Origin: Gemmatimonadaceae bacterium
GTDB taxonomy: Bacteria; Gemmatimonadota; Gemmatimonadetes; Gemmatimonadales; Gemmatimonadaceae
Length of the DNA stretch: 64,000 nt
Assembly: GCA_036557635.1 (NCBI GenBank)
Contig: DATBHD010000085.1
Coordinates: 213 to 64,212 of the forward strand
Direction: 5' to 3'
This document shows, one piece after another, positions 27,387 to 36,871 of the stretch. A program made the position numbers and the translations under genes. How positions within the stretch are numbered: the first letter of the stretch is position 1; each line of letters starts with the position of its first letter. The notes beneath the pieces were generated by a model, which was not told the origin of the DNA, ran no database searches, and saw nothing but the letters and a program-made list of their open reading frames with translations.

Positions 27387-28262
27387 CTACGCGAAGCGCT
27401 TGAGGAACGCGAGCGCCGCGTCGGCGACTTCGCGCCAGCCGCTGTCGATCGTCAGGGCGTGTCCACGGTTAGGCATCTCGACGATCTCCGTCACGCTTGC
27501 GTTCTCCTGCTGCTGCTTGAACGACGCGTTGGCGATCGCCCAGGGAACGGTGTGGTCCTTTTCGCCGGAGATGATGAGGAGCGGCCCACGCGCGGGATTC
27601 GTCGTGTCGACCTTCACCTCGGTCCACGGATTGAGATTCGCCGCCGCTGCTTGGAAGAGCGGAACTCCCGACGCGGGCACGGCGAAATCCGCGTAGAGCT
27701 GTTTGGCTTCCTCCTCGCTCACCGCATTCGCGAATGCATAACGAAACTGCTCGTACGTGAGCGGGATGGCACGATTTCGGTTCGCGGGATTGCCGAGCAC
27801 GGGCCAGGCCGATTTGAGGGAGGAGAGCGGCAGCGGTAGCACGCCTCGGAAGGGCGCTGGATCGATCGCGACCGTTGCCGCCGACAACCCGCGTCCGGCG
27901 AGAATCTGCGCCAGCAAGCCGCCGAACGAGTGGCCGATGATCGCCGGCTTGCGCGACAATCCGCGAACGATCGCCTCGAAGTGATCGGCGACCTGCCCGA
28001 CGCTCTTGTGCGCGAAGACATCGGGATTCGCATTGGCTTCCACGACACTCTCCGGATCATCCGGCCAACCGGGCGTCAACGGCGCGTATCCCGCCGCCTC
28101 GAACGCCGCCGACCATCGGTCCCAACTGCTCGGCAACAGCCACAGTCCGTGAACGAACACGACGGGTGGCAGGCCGGTGTTGTTCGCGCGCTCCACCTGC
28201 CGTGCTTCGTGATCGGTGATTGTCGAAACGCCGGCTGGTGGTGTGGTGGAGGTGGAAGTCAT
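27387..28262 (-). CDS. alpha/beta hydrolase
   Basis: 291 aa from the ATG at 28262 (MTSTSTTPP...). Nucleophile elbow GHSFGG. The remaining 5' part of the 710-aa track ORF overlaps the + strand YihY gene and looks like a GC artefact. Confidence 0.8.
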   Translation of the reverse strand: MTSTSTTPPAGVSTITDHEARQVERANNTGLPPVVFVHGLWLLPSSWDRWSAAFEAAGYAPLTPGWPDDPESVVEANANPDVFAHKSVGQVADHFEAIVRGLSRKPAIIGHSFGGLLAQILAGRGLSAATVAIDPAPFRGVLPLPLSSLKSAWPVLGNPANRNRAIPLTYEQFRYAFANAVSEEEAKQLYADFAVPASGVPLFQAAAANLNPWTEVKVDTTNPARGPLLIISGEKDHTVPWAIANASFKQQQENASVTEIVEMPNRGHALTIDSGWREVADAALAFLKRFA

Positions 28263-28376
28263 GTGAGCTCTCCGTAACGGAAGGTGGCGGCGGGACGCGT
28301 CACAGAAATCTCGCAATGGACGCAAGGCGGCAACCGCGACCGAGCTCGGGAACGACGCTTGCCTCGATAACAGGCG

Positions 28377-29528
28377 ATGGTCATTCGCGGATACGACGTC
28401 GTCGAGCTGGCGAAGAAGACGTGGTCCGAGATCGGCAAAGACAAGATCTCGGTGTACGCGGCGCAAATGGCGTACAGCATGTTCTTCGCGCTCTTTCCAC
28501 TGCTGCTGTTCTTCGCGGCGCTGCTCAGTCTCGTCGCCGACCGGCGTGCCGTGGTGAACGAGTGGACCAGGCGCATCGCGGCGGCGATGCCGACGGACGT
28601 CGCGGGTCTTTTGACGCGGACGATCGAACGCGTCCTGTTCGCGAACGGCGCGCCCGGGCTGTTGTCGTTCGGACTTCTCGTGGCGGCGTGGTCGGGGTCG
28701 GGAATCTTCGCCGCACTGCGCGTGGCGCTGAACGCGGCGTACGAGGTCGAGGAGACGCGACCGTGGTGGAAGCAGTACGCGGTGCAACTGGGGATGCTGG
28801 TGCTCGCGGGCGCGGTCATCGTGCTCTCGACCGTGATTCTTCTCAATGGGGAGGGCGTGGTCGGCTGGCTGGGCACGCGACTCGGCCTCGAGGCGGTCAC
28901 GACGCGGGTTTGGACGGTGCTGCAGTTTCCGCTCGCGCTCTGCGCCGTCGTCGCCGTGTTGTTCATGATCTACTACTTTCTGCCGAACTGCGGCCATCGG
29001 AGTAAGCAAATACTCATCGCTGGCTCGATCGTCGCGACCGCGCTGTGGATCGCGGCGACGCTGCTGTTCCGTCTCTACGTTCAGCGGTTCAACACGCTCA
29101 ATCCAGCCTATGGCGCGGTCGGCGCAATCATGGTTTTGCTGACGTGGATGTACTACTCGTCGTTCGTATTGCTCGCCGTCGGCGAGCTGGCGGCGGAACT
29201 GCAGAAGGGGACGGGTCGCGTCGATCGGCTGCCAGCGGAGAACAGCGGGCGCGACCTCGCCCCACTGCATCGCGAGATCCGCGCGCTGTTGACGACGGTT
29301 GGTACGGGCACATTCCTCTGTGCCATCGGCGTGACGCTGGGGTTCCTCGGGGCACTCGCGCTGATCACGGGGCTCATTCTCGTGATCGGCGATCAATGGC
29401 TGCCTCACGACTGGTACATGCTGGGCGCGCTGGTCGTCGCGGTCGTCGCGGGGGTGCTGTCGTGGATCGTCGGGCGCCGAGGCGCCTCGTCGCTGAGCGG
29501 CGGAGTGCGGCGAGCGCACGGGCGTTGA
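28377..29528 (+). CDS. YihY/BrkB (virulence factor BrkB) family membrane protein
   Basis: 383 aa; KISVYAAQMAYSMFFALFPLLLFF and multiple TM helices are typical of the YihY family. Confidence 0.8.
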   Translation: MVIRGYDVVELAKKTWSEIGKDKISVYAAQMAYSMFFALFPLLLFFAALLSLVADRRAVVNEWTRRIAAAMPTDVAGLLTRTIERVLFANGAPGLLSFGLLVAAWSGSGIFAALRVALNAAYEVEETRPWWKQYAVQLGMLVLAGAVIVLSTVILLNGEGVVGWLGTRLGLEAVTTRVWTVLQFPLALCAVVAVLFMIYYFLPNCGHRSKQILIAGSIVATALWIAATLLFRLYVQRFNTLNPAYGAVGAIMVLLTWMYYSSFVLLAVGELAAELQKGTGRVDRLPAENSGRDLAPLHREIRALLTTVGTGTFLCAIGVTLGFLGALALITGLILVIGDQWLPHDWYMLGALVVAVVAGVLSWIVGRRGASSLSGGVRRAHGR

Positions 29529-29582
29529 CAGCCGCGAGGCGGCGGGGCATCTTCACCGGAGTTACTCCGGGGAGAGTGCGTC

Positions 29583-29930
29583 GTGCCGTCCGAACCAATG
29601 CTCCTGGCAGGAACCCTCGATCTGCTGGTTTTGCGAACGCTCACCTGGGGTCCGCGGCACGGGTACGCCGTCGCGCGCTGGATCAAGGATACGAGTGGCG
29701 AGACGATCGAAGTGGAGGACCGCGCGCTCTATCTCGCCCTGCATCGGTTGGAGGAGCGCGGCTATGTGGAGAGTGAGTGGGGCGTGTCGGACGCCAATCG
29801 CCGGGCGAAGTACTACCAACTCACCCCCGCGGGACGGCGCGAGCTCCGCGCGAGTGAAGCGAGCTTCACGCGATATGTCGACGCGGTCTTCAAGATTCTA
29901 CGCGCCAGCGGCGCGGGGAGCCGAGCATGA
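29583..29930 (+). CDS. PadR family transcriptional regulator
   Basis: 115 aa; LDLLVLRTL...HGYAV...ALHRLEERGYVESEW winged-helix signature. ATGA overlap with the next gene. Confidence 0.85.
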   Translation: MPSEPMLLAGTLDLLVLRTLTWGPRHGYAVARWIKDTSGETIEVEDRALYLALHRLEERGYVESEWGVSDANRRAKYYQLTPAGRRELRASEASFTRYVDAVFKILRASGAGSRA

Positions 29931-32656
29931 CGCGAGAGCCACGCATTGCCGGCCTGCGGCGATTCTTCTCCCTGCCGCGGTCGGCGCGCACCGTGGAGCG
30001 CGAGATCGACGACGAGATTCGGTTCCATATCGAAAGCCGTGTCGCCGACCTGGCGGCGCGGGGCATTTCGCGTGACGCGGCGCGCGAGAAGGCGCTTTCG
30101 GAATATGGCGACGTCATGGCGTCGCGGCGCGAGCTGAATCGCCTCGAGCGACGCCGACTCGCGCGCGAGCGGTGGGTCGTGCGGGCCGAGTCGATCCGAC
30201 AGGATCTCGCGTATGCGGCGCGGGGTCTCGGTCGGCAGCGTGGATTCGCGCTCAGCGTCATCGGCGTGCTCGCGTTAGGCATCGGAGCGAACGCGACGAT
30301 GTTCGGCGTCATCGATCGCCTGCTGCTCCGCCCCCCGGCGCTGGTCGCCGATCCGGCACGCGTCGTGACGGCGGATTTCGTTCGTTCCTTCGACGGCGAG
30401 CCCACTCATCAGGAGACGCTCTCGTATCCGCAGTACCTCGACCTCGCCGGAGCCAAGAGCATTTTCGACGGTGTAGCGGCTTACACCGAAACCAATCTGG
30501 CGCTCGGTCATGGCGCCGAGGCGCGAAGCGTGCGCGGCATGAAGGTGTCGGCGAGCTATTTCTCGATGCTCGGTGTGCATGCGCGTATCGGGCGTCTCTT
30601 TCTGCCGGAGGACGACGGTGCGCCAGTCGCGCCGAACGTGGCCGTCGTCTCGTACGGCTTCTGGCAGCGGGAATTCGCCGGCGACCAGGGGGTTGTTGGA
30701 CGCGAGCTGCAGGTCGGCGACACCAAGTACGTCATTGTCGGCGTGGCGCCGCGCCATTTCGTCGGGCTGTCCTCGAGTGCGATCGATGTGTGGATTCCGA
30801 TTACCTCGGGCGAGACGCCGCAAGCGATTGCCGGCTGGTCGGGGCCGCGTGGCCGGAATGGGTATTGGCTGCAGGCCGCGGCACGGCTCAGCCCAGGCGT
30901 TGAGCGCGAGCGCGCGGCGGCGGGTGCCTCACGAGTGTTGCGAGCGAACATGCTGCGCGACGGTGTGCCCGAGAATCGTCTCATGGAGAGCCAACCGCGC
31001 TTCGAGCTCAGGTCGGTGTTGCCGCGTGAGGCGCGCGCGCACGACGCGAGTGCGAGGGTGGCGCTTCTTCTCGGCGCGGTCTCGGTGCTGGTTCTCGTGA
31101 TCGCCTGCGCGAACGTGGCGAATCTCCAGCTCGCGCGTGGAATTCGCCGCCGACGAGAGATCGCGGTGCGCTCGGCACTCGGCGCGGGCGTCGGCCGGCT
31201 GGTGCAACAGCTGCTGTGCGAGGGCGCGCTGCTGGCCACGTTAGGCGGCGTGGCGGCGCTCGTCGTCGTCGCGGGGGGCGCCAGCGTCATGCGGCAGATT
31301 GTTTTTCCGCAGCTGGATTGGGAGGACACTCCGGCGATCGATCTGCATGTTCTCGCCTACGCGGCGCTCGCGGCGCTCGCCGCCGGCGTTCTCACGGGGC
31401 TCGTGCCGGCGGTGCAAGCGCGGCGGGCGCGCCTAACGAATGCGCTGCATGGGGGAGCCAGGGAGGGACGCGTTCATCAGTCCAAGGCGCGTTTGGCCTT
31501 GTTGATCGTGCAGGCCGCGCTCTCCATGGTGATGCTCGTCGGCACCGGGCTGTTCGTGAGGAGCCTTCGTCACGTCCAGGCGTTGCCGATCGGGATGGAG
31601 CCGGAGCACGTGTTGACCGCGGAGCTGAATCTGAGTGGTCTCAGCTACAAGCAGCCGGAAATCGACGCGCTGTATCATCGACTCGAGCGCGCGGCGCTCG
31701 CGTACCGCGGCATCGAGAGCGCGGCGCTGTCGACGTCGCTGCCATTCTGGACGTCCTGGGGAACGCGAGTGCATGTCGCCGGACGCGACTCGCTGCCCCG
31801 CGTGAGGGACGGCGGACCCTACTTCAATGGCGTCACGCCGGGGTACCTGCGCACGATGGGGATGCGGCTCCTGCGCGGGCGCGACTTCACCGTCGCCGAC
31901 CAGAATCCGTCGCGCCGCGTCGTGATCGTGAACGAGGCCTTCGCTCGGCTCGCCTGGCCTAACGAGGATGCGATCGGACGGTGCGTGCGCATCGGCAGCG
32001 ACACCGCGCCGTGCGCGGACGTGATCGGCGTCGTCGGCAATCCGCGACGGCAGGAGATCATCGAAGACGTGAGTCTCCAGCTCTTTCTCCCGCTCGAGCA
32101 GGCGCCGGCGTGGGTCGAAACGCGCACGCTGGTGATTCGACCGACGGGGGACGCGCGCCGCGCGATGGCATCCATCCGGCGATATCTGCAGACGTCCGCT
32201 CCCGACCTGCCTTATGTCGACGTGCGGTGGATGCAGGAGCTCGTCAGCCCGCAGACGAGATCCTGGCGAATGGGGGCGAGTGTCTTCGCCGCCTTCGGAG
32301 CGCTGGCGCTCCTGCTGGCGATGGTCGGCTTGTACAGCATGTTGAGTTATGATGTTGCTCAACGCACCCACGAGCTGGGCGTACGCGTCGCCCTCGGCGC
32401 GCGGCGCGGGCATCTGGCACGTCTCGTCGTCGAGGCGGGCGCGCGAATCATCGCTGTCGGCACCGCGATCGGACTCGGCATCGTGCTGCTCGCGGGACGG
32501 TTCGTGCAGCCACTCTTGTTCGAGACGTCACCGCGACAGCCGGAGATTCTTGCCGGCGCGCTCGGGGTGATGGTCGCCGTCACGGTCCTGGCGACGCTGC
32601 TCCCGACGCGCCGTGCGCTCGAGGTCGATCCGATCATCGCGTTACGAGCCGACTGA
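29927..32656 (+). CDS. duplicated FtsX/MacB-type ABC permease (ADOP family)
   Basis: 909 aa with two MacB-like periplasmic domains and two FtsX 4-TM modules. The PadR-permease pairing is typical. Confidence 0.85.
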   Translation: MTREPRIAGLRRFFSLPRSARTVEREIDDEIRFHIESRVADLAARGISRDAAREKALSEYGDVMASRRELNRLERRRLARERWVVRAESIRQDLAYAARGLGRQRGFALSVIGVLALGIGANATMFGVIDRLLLRPPALVADPARVVTADFVRSFDGEPTHQETLSYPQYLDLAGAKSIFDGVAAYTETNLALGHGAEARSVRGMKVSASYFSMLGVHARIGRLFLPEDDGAPVAPNVAVVSYGFWQREFAGDQGVVGRELQVGDTKYVIVGVAPRHFVGLSSSAIDVWIPITSGETPQAIAGWSGPRGRNGYWLQAAARLSPGVERERAAAGASRVLRANMLRDGVPENRLMESQPRFELRSVLPREARAHDASARVALLLGAVSVLVLVIACANVANLQLARGIRRRREIAVRSALGAGVGRLVQQLLCEGALLATLGGVAALVVVAGGASVMRQIVFPQLDWEDTPAIDLHVLAYAALAALAAGVLTGLVPAVQARRARLTNALHGGAREGRVHQSKARLALLIVQAALSMVMLVGTGLFVRSLRHVQALPIGMEPEHVLTAELNLSGLSYKQPEIDALYHRLERAALAYRGIESAALSTSLPFWTSWGTRVHVAGRDSLPRVRDGGPYFNGVTPGYLRTMGMRLLRGRDFTVADQNPSRRVVIVNEAFARLAWPNEDAIGRCVRIGSDTAPCADVIGVVGNPRRQEIIEDVSLQLFLPLEQAPAWVETRTLVIRPTGDARRAMASIRRYLQTSAPDLPYVDVRWMQELVSPQTRSWRMGASVFAAFGALALLLAMVGLYSMLSYDVAQRTHELGVRVALGARRGHLARLVVEAGARIIAVGTAIGLGIVLLAGRFVQPLLFETSPRQPEILAGALGVMVAVTVLATLLPTRRALEVDPIIALRAD

Positions 32657-33421
32657 ATCGACGTCGACCGGCGCCCACACCGCGACGTCGAGTCGCGAGG
32701 CAAACGAGACGCGCGGCGCCTCACCGGGTAGCTCGAGCCCGGCGGCGCTCGCCATCGTATTGACGTCGATCTCGGCGTCGACCGGTTGCAGGGGCCACCG
32801 GCGATGGTGAATGTCCGCGCGTCGCACGTGCCCCGCGCGATCGACCGCGTACAGGCAGTAGCGCTCGGTGAGCCAGTGATCGAGCGTTCCCGGTTTGGCG
32901 AGACTGATTGGACCAGTTGGGCGATAGCGCGCGCTGAACTCCGCCGGCCGACCTCGGCGATCGGTGCGCCGGCTGCGGTACTCGAGCGTACCGTCGGCTC
33001 GCGCGCGAATGTCCATGCTGGCGCGAAAATAGGGGAGAAAGTAGGTCGCGCGCGCGGCAGCGACGGCGAGGGCGCTCCCGGCATCCAGGCTGAAGAAGTA
33101 GACGCCAGGCTTGCCGCCTAACGTGACATACGTTCGCACATTGAGCTCGGGAAACTCGGAGATCACCGGCAGGGGTGGCAGCCACCGTGATCGCAGACCA
33201 CTCAGATAGAACGCGGCGATCGAGATCCAGGTCTCGTTCACGAACGCATCGAGGGGCAGCGATCGCGGGACAACGCGGCGCAGCAGATCGGCATCGACTC
33301 GCCAGTGGGCGAAAAGGAGATCGGTCCAGCGCTGCGCCATGACCCACCGGCGGGAAGGCAACGGCCAGGGACGATGGTCGATGTCGCGGGTCGGGTCCTC
33401 CGTCCAACCAAGAATGGACAC
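32642..33421 (-). CDS. DUF2071 (YqjF-like) domain protein
   Basis: RPWPLPSRRWVMAQRWTDLLFAHW N-terminal signature. GTG start lies 1 nt after the TAG of the upstream MazG-like gene. Confidence 0.7.
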   Translation of the reverse strand: MSILGWTEDPTRDIDHRPWPLPSRRWVMAQRWTDLLFAHWRVDADLLRRVVPRSLPLDAFVNETWISIAAFYLSGLRSRWLPPLPVISEFPELNVRTYVTLGGKPGVYFFSLDAGSALAVAAARATYFLPYFRASMDIRARADGTLEYRSRRTDRRGRPAEFSARYRPTGPISLAKPGTLDHWLTERYCLYAVDRAGHVRRADIHHRRWPLQPVDAEIDVNTMASAAGLELPGEAPRVSFASRLDVAVWAPVDVDSVGS

Positions 33422-33422
33422 G

Positions 33423-33734
33423 CTAGCTGGCGCCCGTCTGAAAGCCTCGCGGATGGCGCTGCTCGAGCTTCCGCACATTCGCCGCGGCGACCGTAGCCAA
33501 GGAGACGCCGAGGGAGTCGGCGGTGACGGCGAGACACCAAAGCACGTCGCCGAGCTCCTCGACGAACCGTTCGGCGCCGGCGTCGCGCTGCTGGAAGACG
33601 CGCTTGCGCACGAGGCCGAGCACTTCGCCGGCTTCCTCCGCGAGTCCAGCCGCGGCGTCGAGCAATCGCTCGTCCGGCGTGAGAGCGGGATTCGTGGTTC
33701 GCAGCGCGGCGGTCTGGAATTCGTCGAGGGTCAT
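33423..33734 (-). CDS. MazG-like nucleotide pyrophosphohydrolase domain protein
   Basis: 103 aa, all-alpha. EExGE...E..D metal-binding pattern (LAEEAGEVLG...VEELGDVLW). Confidence 0.75.
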   Translation of the reverse strand: MTLDEFQTAALRTTNPALTPDERLLDAAAGLAEEAGEVLGLVRKRVFQQRDAGAERFVEELGDVLWCLAVTADSLGVSLATVAAANVRKLEQRHPRGFQTGAS

Positions 33735-33749
33735 TGGCGGCGATCCGCG

Positions 33750-33832
33750 GTCATCCCGAGCGCAGCGGGGGATCCGCAGCTGCTTCCGGTTCGTAATAGC
33801 AGCTTGCTCGTCGCGCTGCTTCTCGGAATGAC
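33750..33832. repeat. REP-like imperfect palindromic element, second copy
   Basis: GTCATCCCGAGCGCAGCGGGGGATCCGCAGCTGC ... GCAGCTTGCTCGTCGCGCTGCTTCTCGGAATGAC, ending 1 nt after the permease TAA. Same orientation as the 7384-7462 copy. Confidence 0.8.
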
Positions 33833-33833
33833 A

Positions 33834-34751
33834 TTAGCGGTAGCTGACGCGGGGGTCTGCCTTCGCATAGGCGAGATCCGTAATGAGGTTCACCACCACG
33901 AACACCGCGCTCAGAAACAGCACGGTTCCTTGAATGGCGGGAAGGTCGCGACGGCCGATGGCGTTCACGACGTAGCGGCCGATACCTGGCCAGGAGAAGA
34001 CCGTCTCGGTGAGGATGCTTCCGGTGAGGTACGCGCCGAAGTCGAGACCGAGCACGGTGATGATCGGGATGAGCGCGTTGCGGAGCGCGTGCTTCGCGGT
34101 CACGACGCGCTCGGCGAGACCCTTGGCGCGCGCGGTCCGGATGTAGTCGGCGCCTAACGACTCGAGCATCGACGAGCGGGTCATGCGGGCGAGAAAGGCG
34201 ATCGAGCGCATGCCGAGGGCGAGGGCGGGGAGTATCAGAAAGCGGAAGCGTCCATACCCCGATGGCGGCAGCAGGCGCAGCGTCACCGCGAAGAGCAGGA
34301 TCAGGAGCAGGCCCACCCAGTAGACGGGGAAGGAGATGCCGAGGTAGGCGATGCCTAACGACAGGCGGTCGAACCAGCCGCCCGGCTTGCGCGCACTGAG
34401 CACGCCGAGGGTGATGCCGACGACCGCGGCGAGGAGCATCGCCGCGCCGGCCAGCTGCAGCGTCTTCGGAAAGCGCTCGCGGATGTCCTGCGTAATCGGA
34501 CGATTCGTGACGTACGATCGTCCGAGATCGCCGCGGGCAACGCGCGCGACGTAGTGGCCGAAACGCTGCGGCAAGGGATCGTCGAGGTGGAGCTGCGCCC
34601 GCAGCCGCGCGATCGTCTCCTCGTCCGCGTGCTCGCCGATCATCGCTTGCACCGGATCGCCCGGCGCGATGTAGAGGAGCAGAAATGCAACGACGAGCAC
34701 CCCGAACAGCGTCGGGATCGCGAGCAGCAGTCGGCGGAGAAGGAAGGACAT
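33834..34751 (-). CDS. ABC transporter permease, DppB/OppB type
   Basis: 305 aa from the ATG at 34751 (MSFLLRRLLLAIPTLFGVLVVAFLLLYIAPGDP). The stop of the binding-protein gene overlaps the start by 1 nt (TGATG). Confidence 0.85.
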   Translation of the reverse strand: MSFLLRRLLLAIPTLFGVLVVAFLLLYIAPGDPVQAMIGEHADEETIARLRAQLHLDDPLPQRFGHYVARVARGDLGRSYVTNRPITQDIRERFPKTLQLAGAAMLLAAVVGITLGVLSARKPGGWFDRLSLGIAYLGISFPVYWVGLLLILLFAVTLRLLPPSGYGRFRFLILPALALGMRSIAFLARMTRSSMLESLGADYIRTARAKGLAERVVTAKHALRNALIPIITVLGLDFGAYLTGSILTETVFSWPGIGRYVVNAIGRRDLPAIQGTVLFLSAVFVVVNLITDLAYAKADPRVSYR

Positions 34752-36418
34752 CAGGGCGTGGAGGGGGAGCGCAGAGCGTAGTGCGTGGAGTGTCGTGCGC
34801 CGTTGGCGGTCGGCGCAGGATTGGAGATCGTGACATCCAGCCAGCGCTGGCCGTTGAAGATCACGGGCGGTTTGAAGCCTTTCACCCACGGCTGCACCGC
34901 GTACAGCTCGTTGTAGAAGTACAGGAACATCATCGGCGCGTCGACGAAGGCGATGGAGTCGGCCTGTCGCAGCAAGGACGCGCGCTTGGCGTCATTCAGC
35001 TCGCGACGTGCCGCGCTCACGGTGGAATCGAAGCGCGCGTTCGAATAGAAAGACACGTTGCCCCCCGACCCCTTGTTGCCGCTGTAGAGCAACGGGAACA
35101 GGAAGTTCTCGGCGTCGGGATAGTCGGCGTACCAGTCTTTCAGGATCATGTCCGTTTCACCCTTTCGCGCGGCAGCGCGGGACGCCGCCGACTCGCGCTG
35201 AACCACCTTCGTGCGAATGTTGACGGCATTCAAGTATGCCTGAATCGTCTCCGCCATGCGGACATAGATCGGCGTCATCGACGTCCACAGCTCGATGTCG
35301 ATCCCATTTGGGTAACCGGCGGCGGCGAGCAATTGTTTTGCCTTCGCGGGATCGTAGGGGTAGGGCCGACGCGAGCTGTCATAGCCGGCGAGCGCTGGGG
35401 GGATCACTCCGGCGGCTCGGGTTCCGCGGCCGCTGATGAGACGCTCGATGATCGTGTTGATGTCGACCGCGTAATTGATCGCTTGCCGGACGCGCACGTC
35501 GGCGAGCGGGCCGCGAGTCGTGTTGATGCCGACGTACACCAGCTCGAGTGCCGGTGTGGAGCTGAGCATCGGACGGCGGCTCTCATCGTCTTCCCATTCG
35601 CGCGTTTGCCCAGCCGGGATCTGCAGCACATCGACAGTTCCACTTTCGAACTCGGCGACCGACGTGCTCGGCTCGGCGATGACGCGAGCCTCGAGTGACT
35701 CGGCCTTGGGAGCGCCGAGGAAGTACTGGTCGTTGCGCGCGAAGAGGAGGTAGTCGTCGTGACGCCATTCCACAAATCGCCACGGTCCCGTTCCGATCGG
35801 ATGCTCGCCGAAGTTGCCCGTGATCTGGTGCGGTACGATCGACGCGACCGGCATGGCGAGCAGTTTCACGAATGCCGCGAGCGGCTCCTCGAGCGTGATG
35901 ACGATGGTGCTGTCGTCGCGGACGGAGAGCCCGGCGATGGTCTTGGCCTTCTTCGTATGGAAATCCCGCGCGCCCTTGATCGGATAGAGAAACTCGCTCG
36001 CCGAGCTCTTGGTGCTGGGGTCGAGCGCGCGTTCCCAACTGGCGACGACGTCGCGCGCGGTGAACGTGCTGCCGTCGTGGAATAGAACGTTGCGGCGCAG
36101 ATGAAACGTATATGTTCGGCCATCCGGGGTGACGTCCCATCGCTCCGCGAGGGAAGGCTCGACCTGCGCCGTGGGTGAGAACTGCGTGAGTCCGTCGAAC
36201 ACGTACCCGACGGCACGTCCAGTCGGGACGTCGGTCGAGAGCGCGGGATCGAGCGAGCGGGGATCGTAGTTGTCGCGCGAATCGATGAGGGTACGACGAT
36301 CAGGTGCGGCGTCGCCGAAGCAAGCGATGACCGTCGCGACGCACAGGAGGACGAGAGCCGCCTTGCCGCGGCGCGGCGCGCGAGGTATCACGCGTAGCTC
36401 TGGGGCGGCGGAGCGCAT
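34751..36418 (-). CDS. ABC transporter substrate-binding protein, family 5 (peptide/nickel)
   Basis: SBP_bac_5-type sequence. I favour the ATG at 36418 (MRSAAPEL...LLCVATVIAC lipoprotein-like signal); the track ORF extends to 36538. Confidence 0.8.
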   Translation of the reverse strand: MRSAAPELRVIPRAPRRGKAALVLLCVATVIACFGDAAPDRRTLIDSRDNYDPRSLDPALSTDVPTGRAVGYVFDGLTQFSPTAQVEPSLAERWDVTPDGRTYTFHLRRNVLFHDGSTFTARDVVASWERALDPSTKSSASEFLYPIKGARDFHTKKAKTIAGLSVRDDSTIVITLEEPLAAFVKLLAMPVASIVPHQITGNFGEHPIGTGPWRFVEWRHDDYLLFARNDQYFLGAPKAESLEARVIAEPSTSVAEFESGTVDVLQIPAGQTREWEDDESRRPMLSSTPALELVYVGINTTRGPLADVRVRQAINYAVDINTIIERLISGRGTRAAGVIPPALAGYDSSRRPYPYDPAKAKQLLAAAGYPNGIDIELWTSMTPIYVRMAETIQAYLNAVNIRTKVVQRESAASRAAARKGETDMILKDWYADYPDAENFLFPLLYSGNKGSGGNVSFYSNARFDSTVSAARRELNDAKRASLLRQADSIAFVDAPMMFLYFYNELYAVQPWVKGFKPPVIFNGQRWLDVTISNPAPTANGARHSTHYALRSPSTP

Positions 36419-36607
36419 CGGTGCCGTTGACACGCTGGCATGCGCGCGAGAACTTACCCGACCGCGCCGCGAAGCGTCAATCATACGTGCCCGCGCATCA
36501 GCGTCGTGATGCCGGGCGCGTCCAGCATCGACGCGCATGAGTGGGCACTCTCGAACGAACGAGGCAGGTCTGATGTACCAGAGGGGAGTGCTCTCATCGA
36601 GGGTGGA

Positions 36608-36871
36608 ATGTCCGCACAGAGTGATCCGCGTCGCGCCTTGGCGTTGGACGTGGACCCGAAATACTACTATCGGCGCTCACTGAGCGTGCGCGAGCTCCTG
36701 CCAGCTGTGGGTGCGGCGGTCGGAGCGGCGCTCGTCACATTTTACATCGTCAAGCTGTTCATCGAGCGGACGCCCGTCGACAGCGAACGGCGTGTCGATG
36801 AGGCTCCGCGGCTCACACTGCATCGTTCGGAACGATCGTCGGCTACCGCCAGGAACGTCGGCCGGCGGTGA
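36608..36871 (+). CDS. small membrane protein upstream of the Omp85 gene
   Basis: 87 aa from an internal ATG, with one TM (LLPAVGAAVGAALVTFYIV). Stop overlaps the start of the next gene. No recognisable family. Confidence 0.45.
   Translation: MSAQSDPRRALALDVDPKYYYRRSLSVRELLPAVGAAVGAALVTFYIVKLFIERTPVDSERRVDEAPRLTLHRSERSSATARNVGRR

Noticed and set aside
28263-29519. 5' 419 codons of the 710-aa minus-strand ORF 27387-29519
   Set aside because: Only the last 291 codons (alpha/beta hydrolase, from the ATG at 28262) look real. The extension is Arg/Asp-rich and overlaps the well-supported + strand YihY/BrkB gene.
29525-29553. TTGACA-N17-CATCTT upstream of the PadR gene as a sigma70 promoter
   Set aside because: The -35 is perfect but the -10 is poor. 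It is too weak to call from sequence alone in a lineage whose promoter consensus I do not know.
36437-36452. TGGCAT upstream of the small ORF/Omp85 operon as a sigma54 -24 element
   Set aside because: There is no TTGC/GC element at the required spacing downstream.
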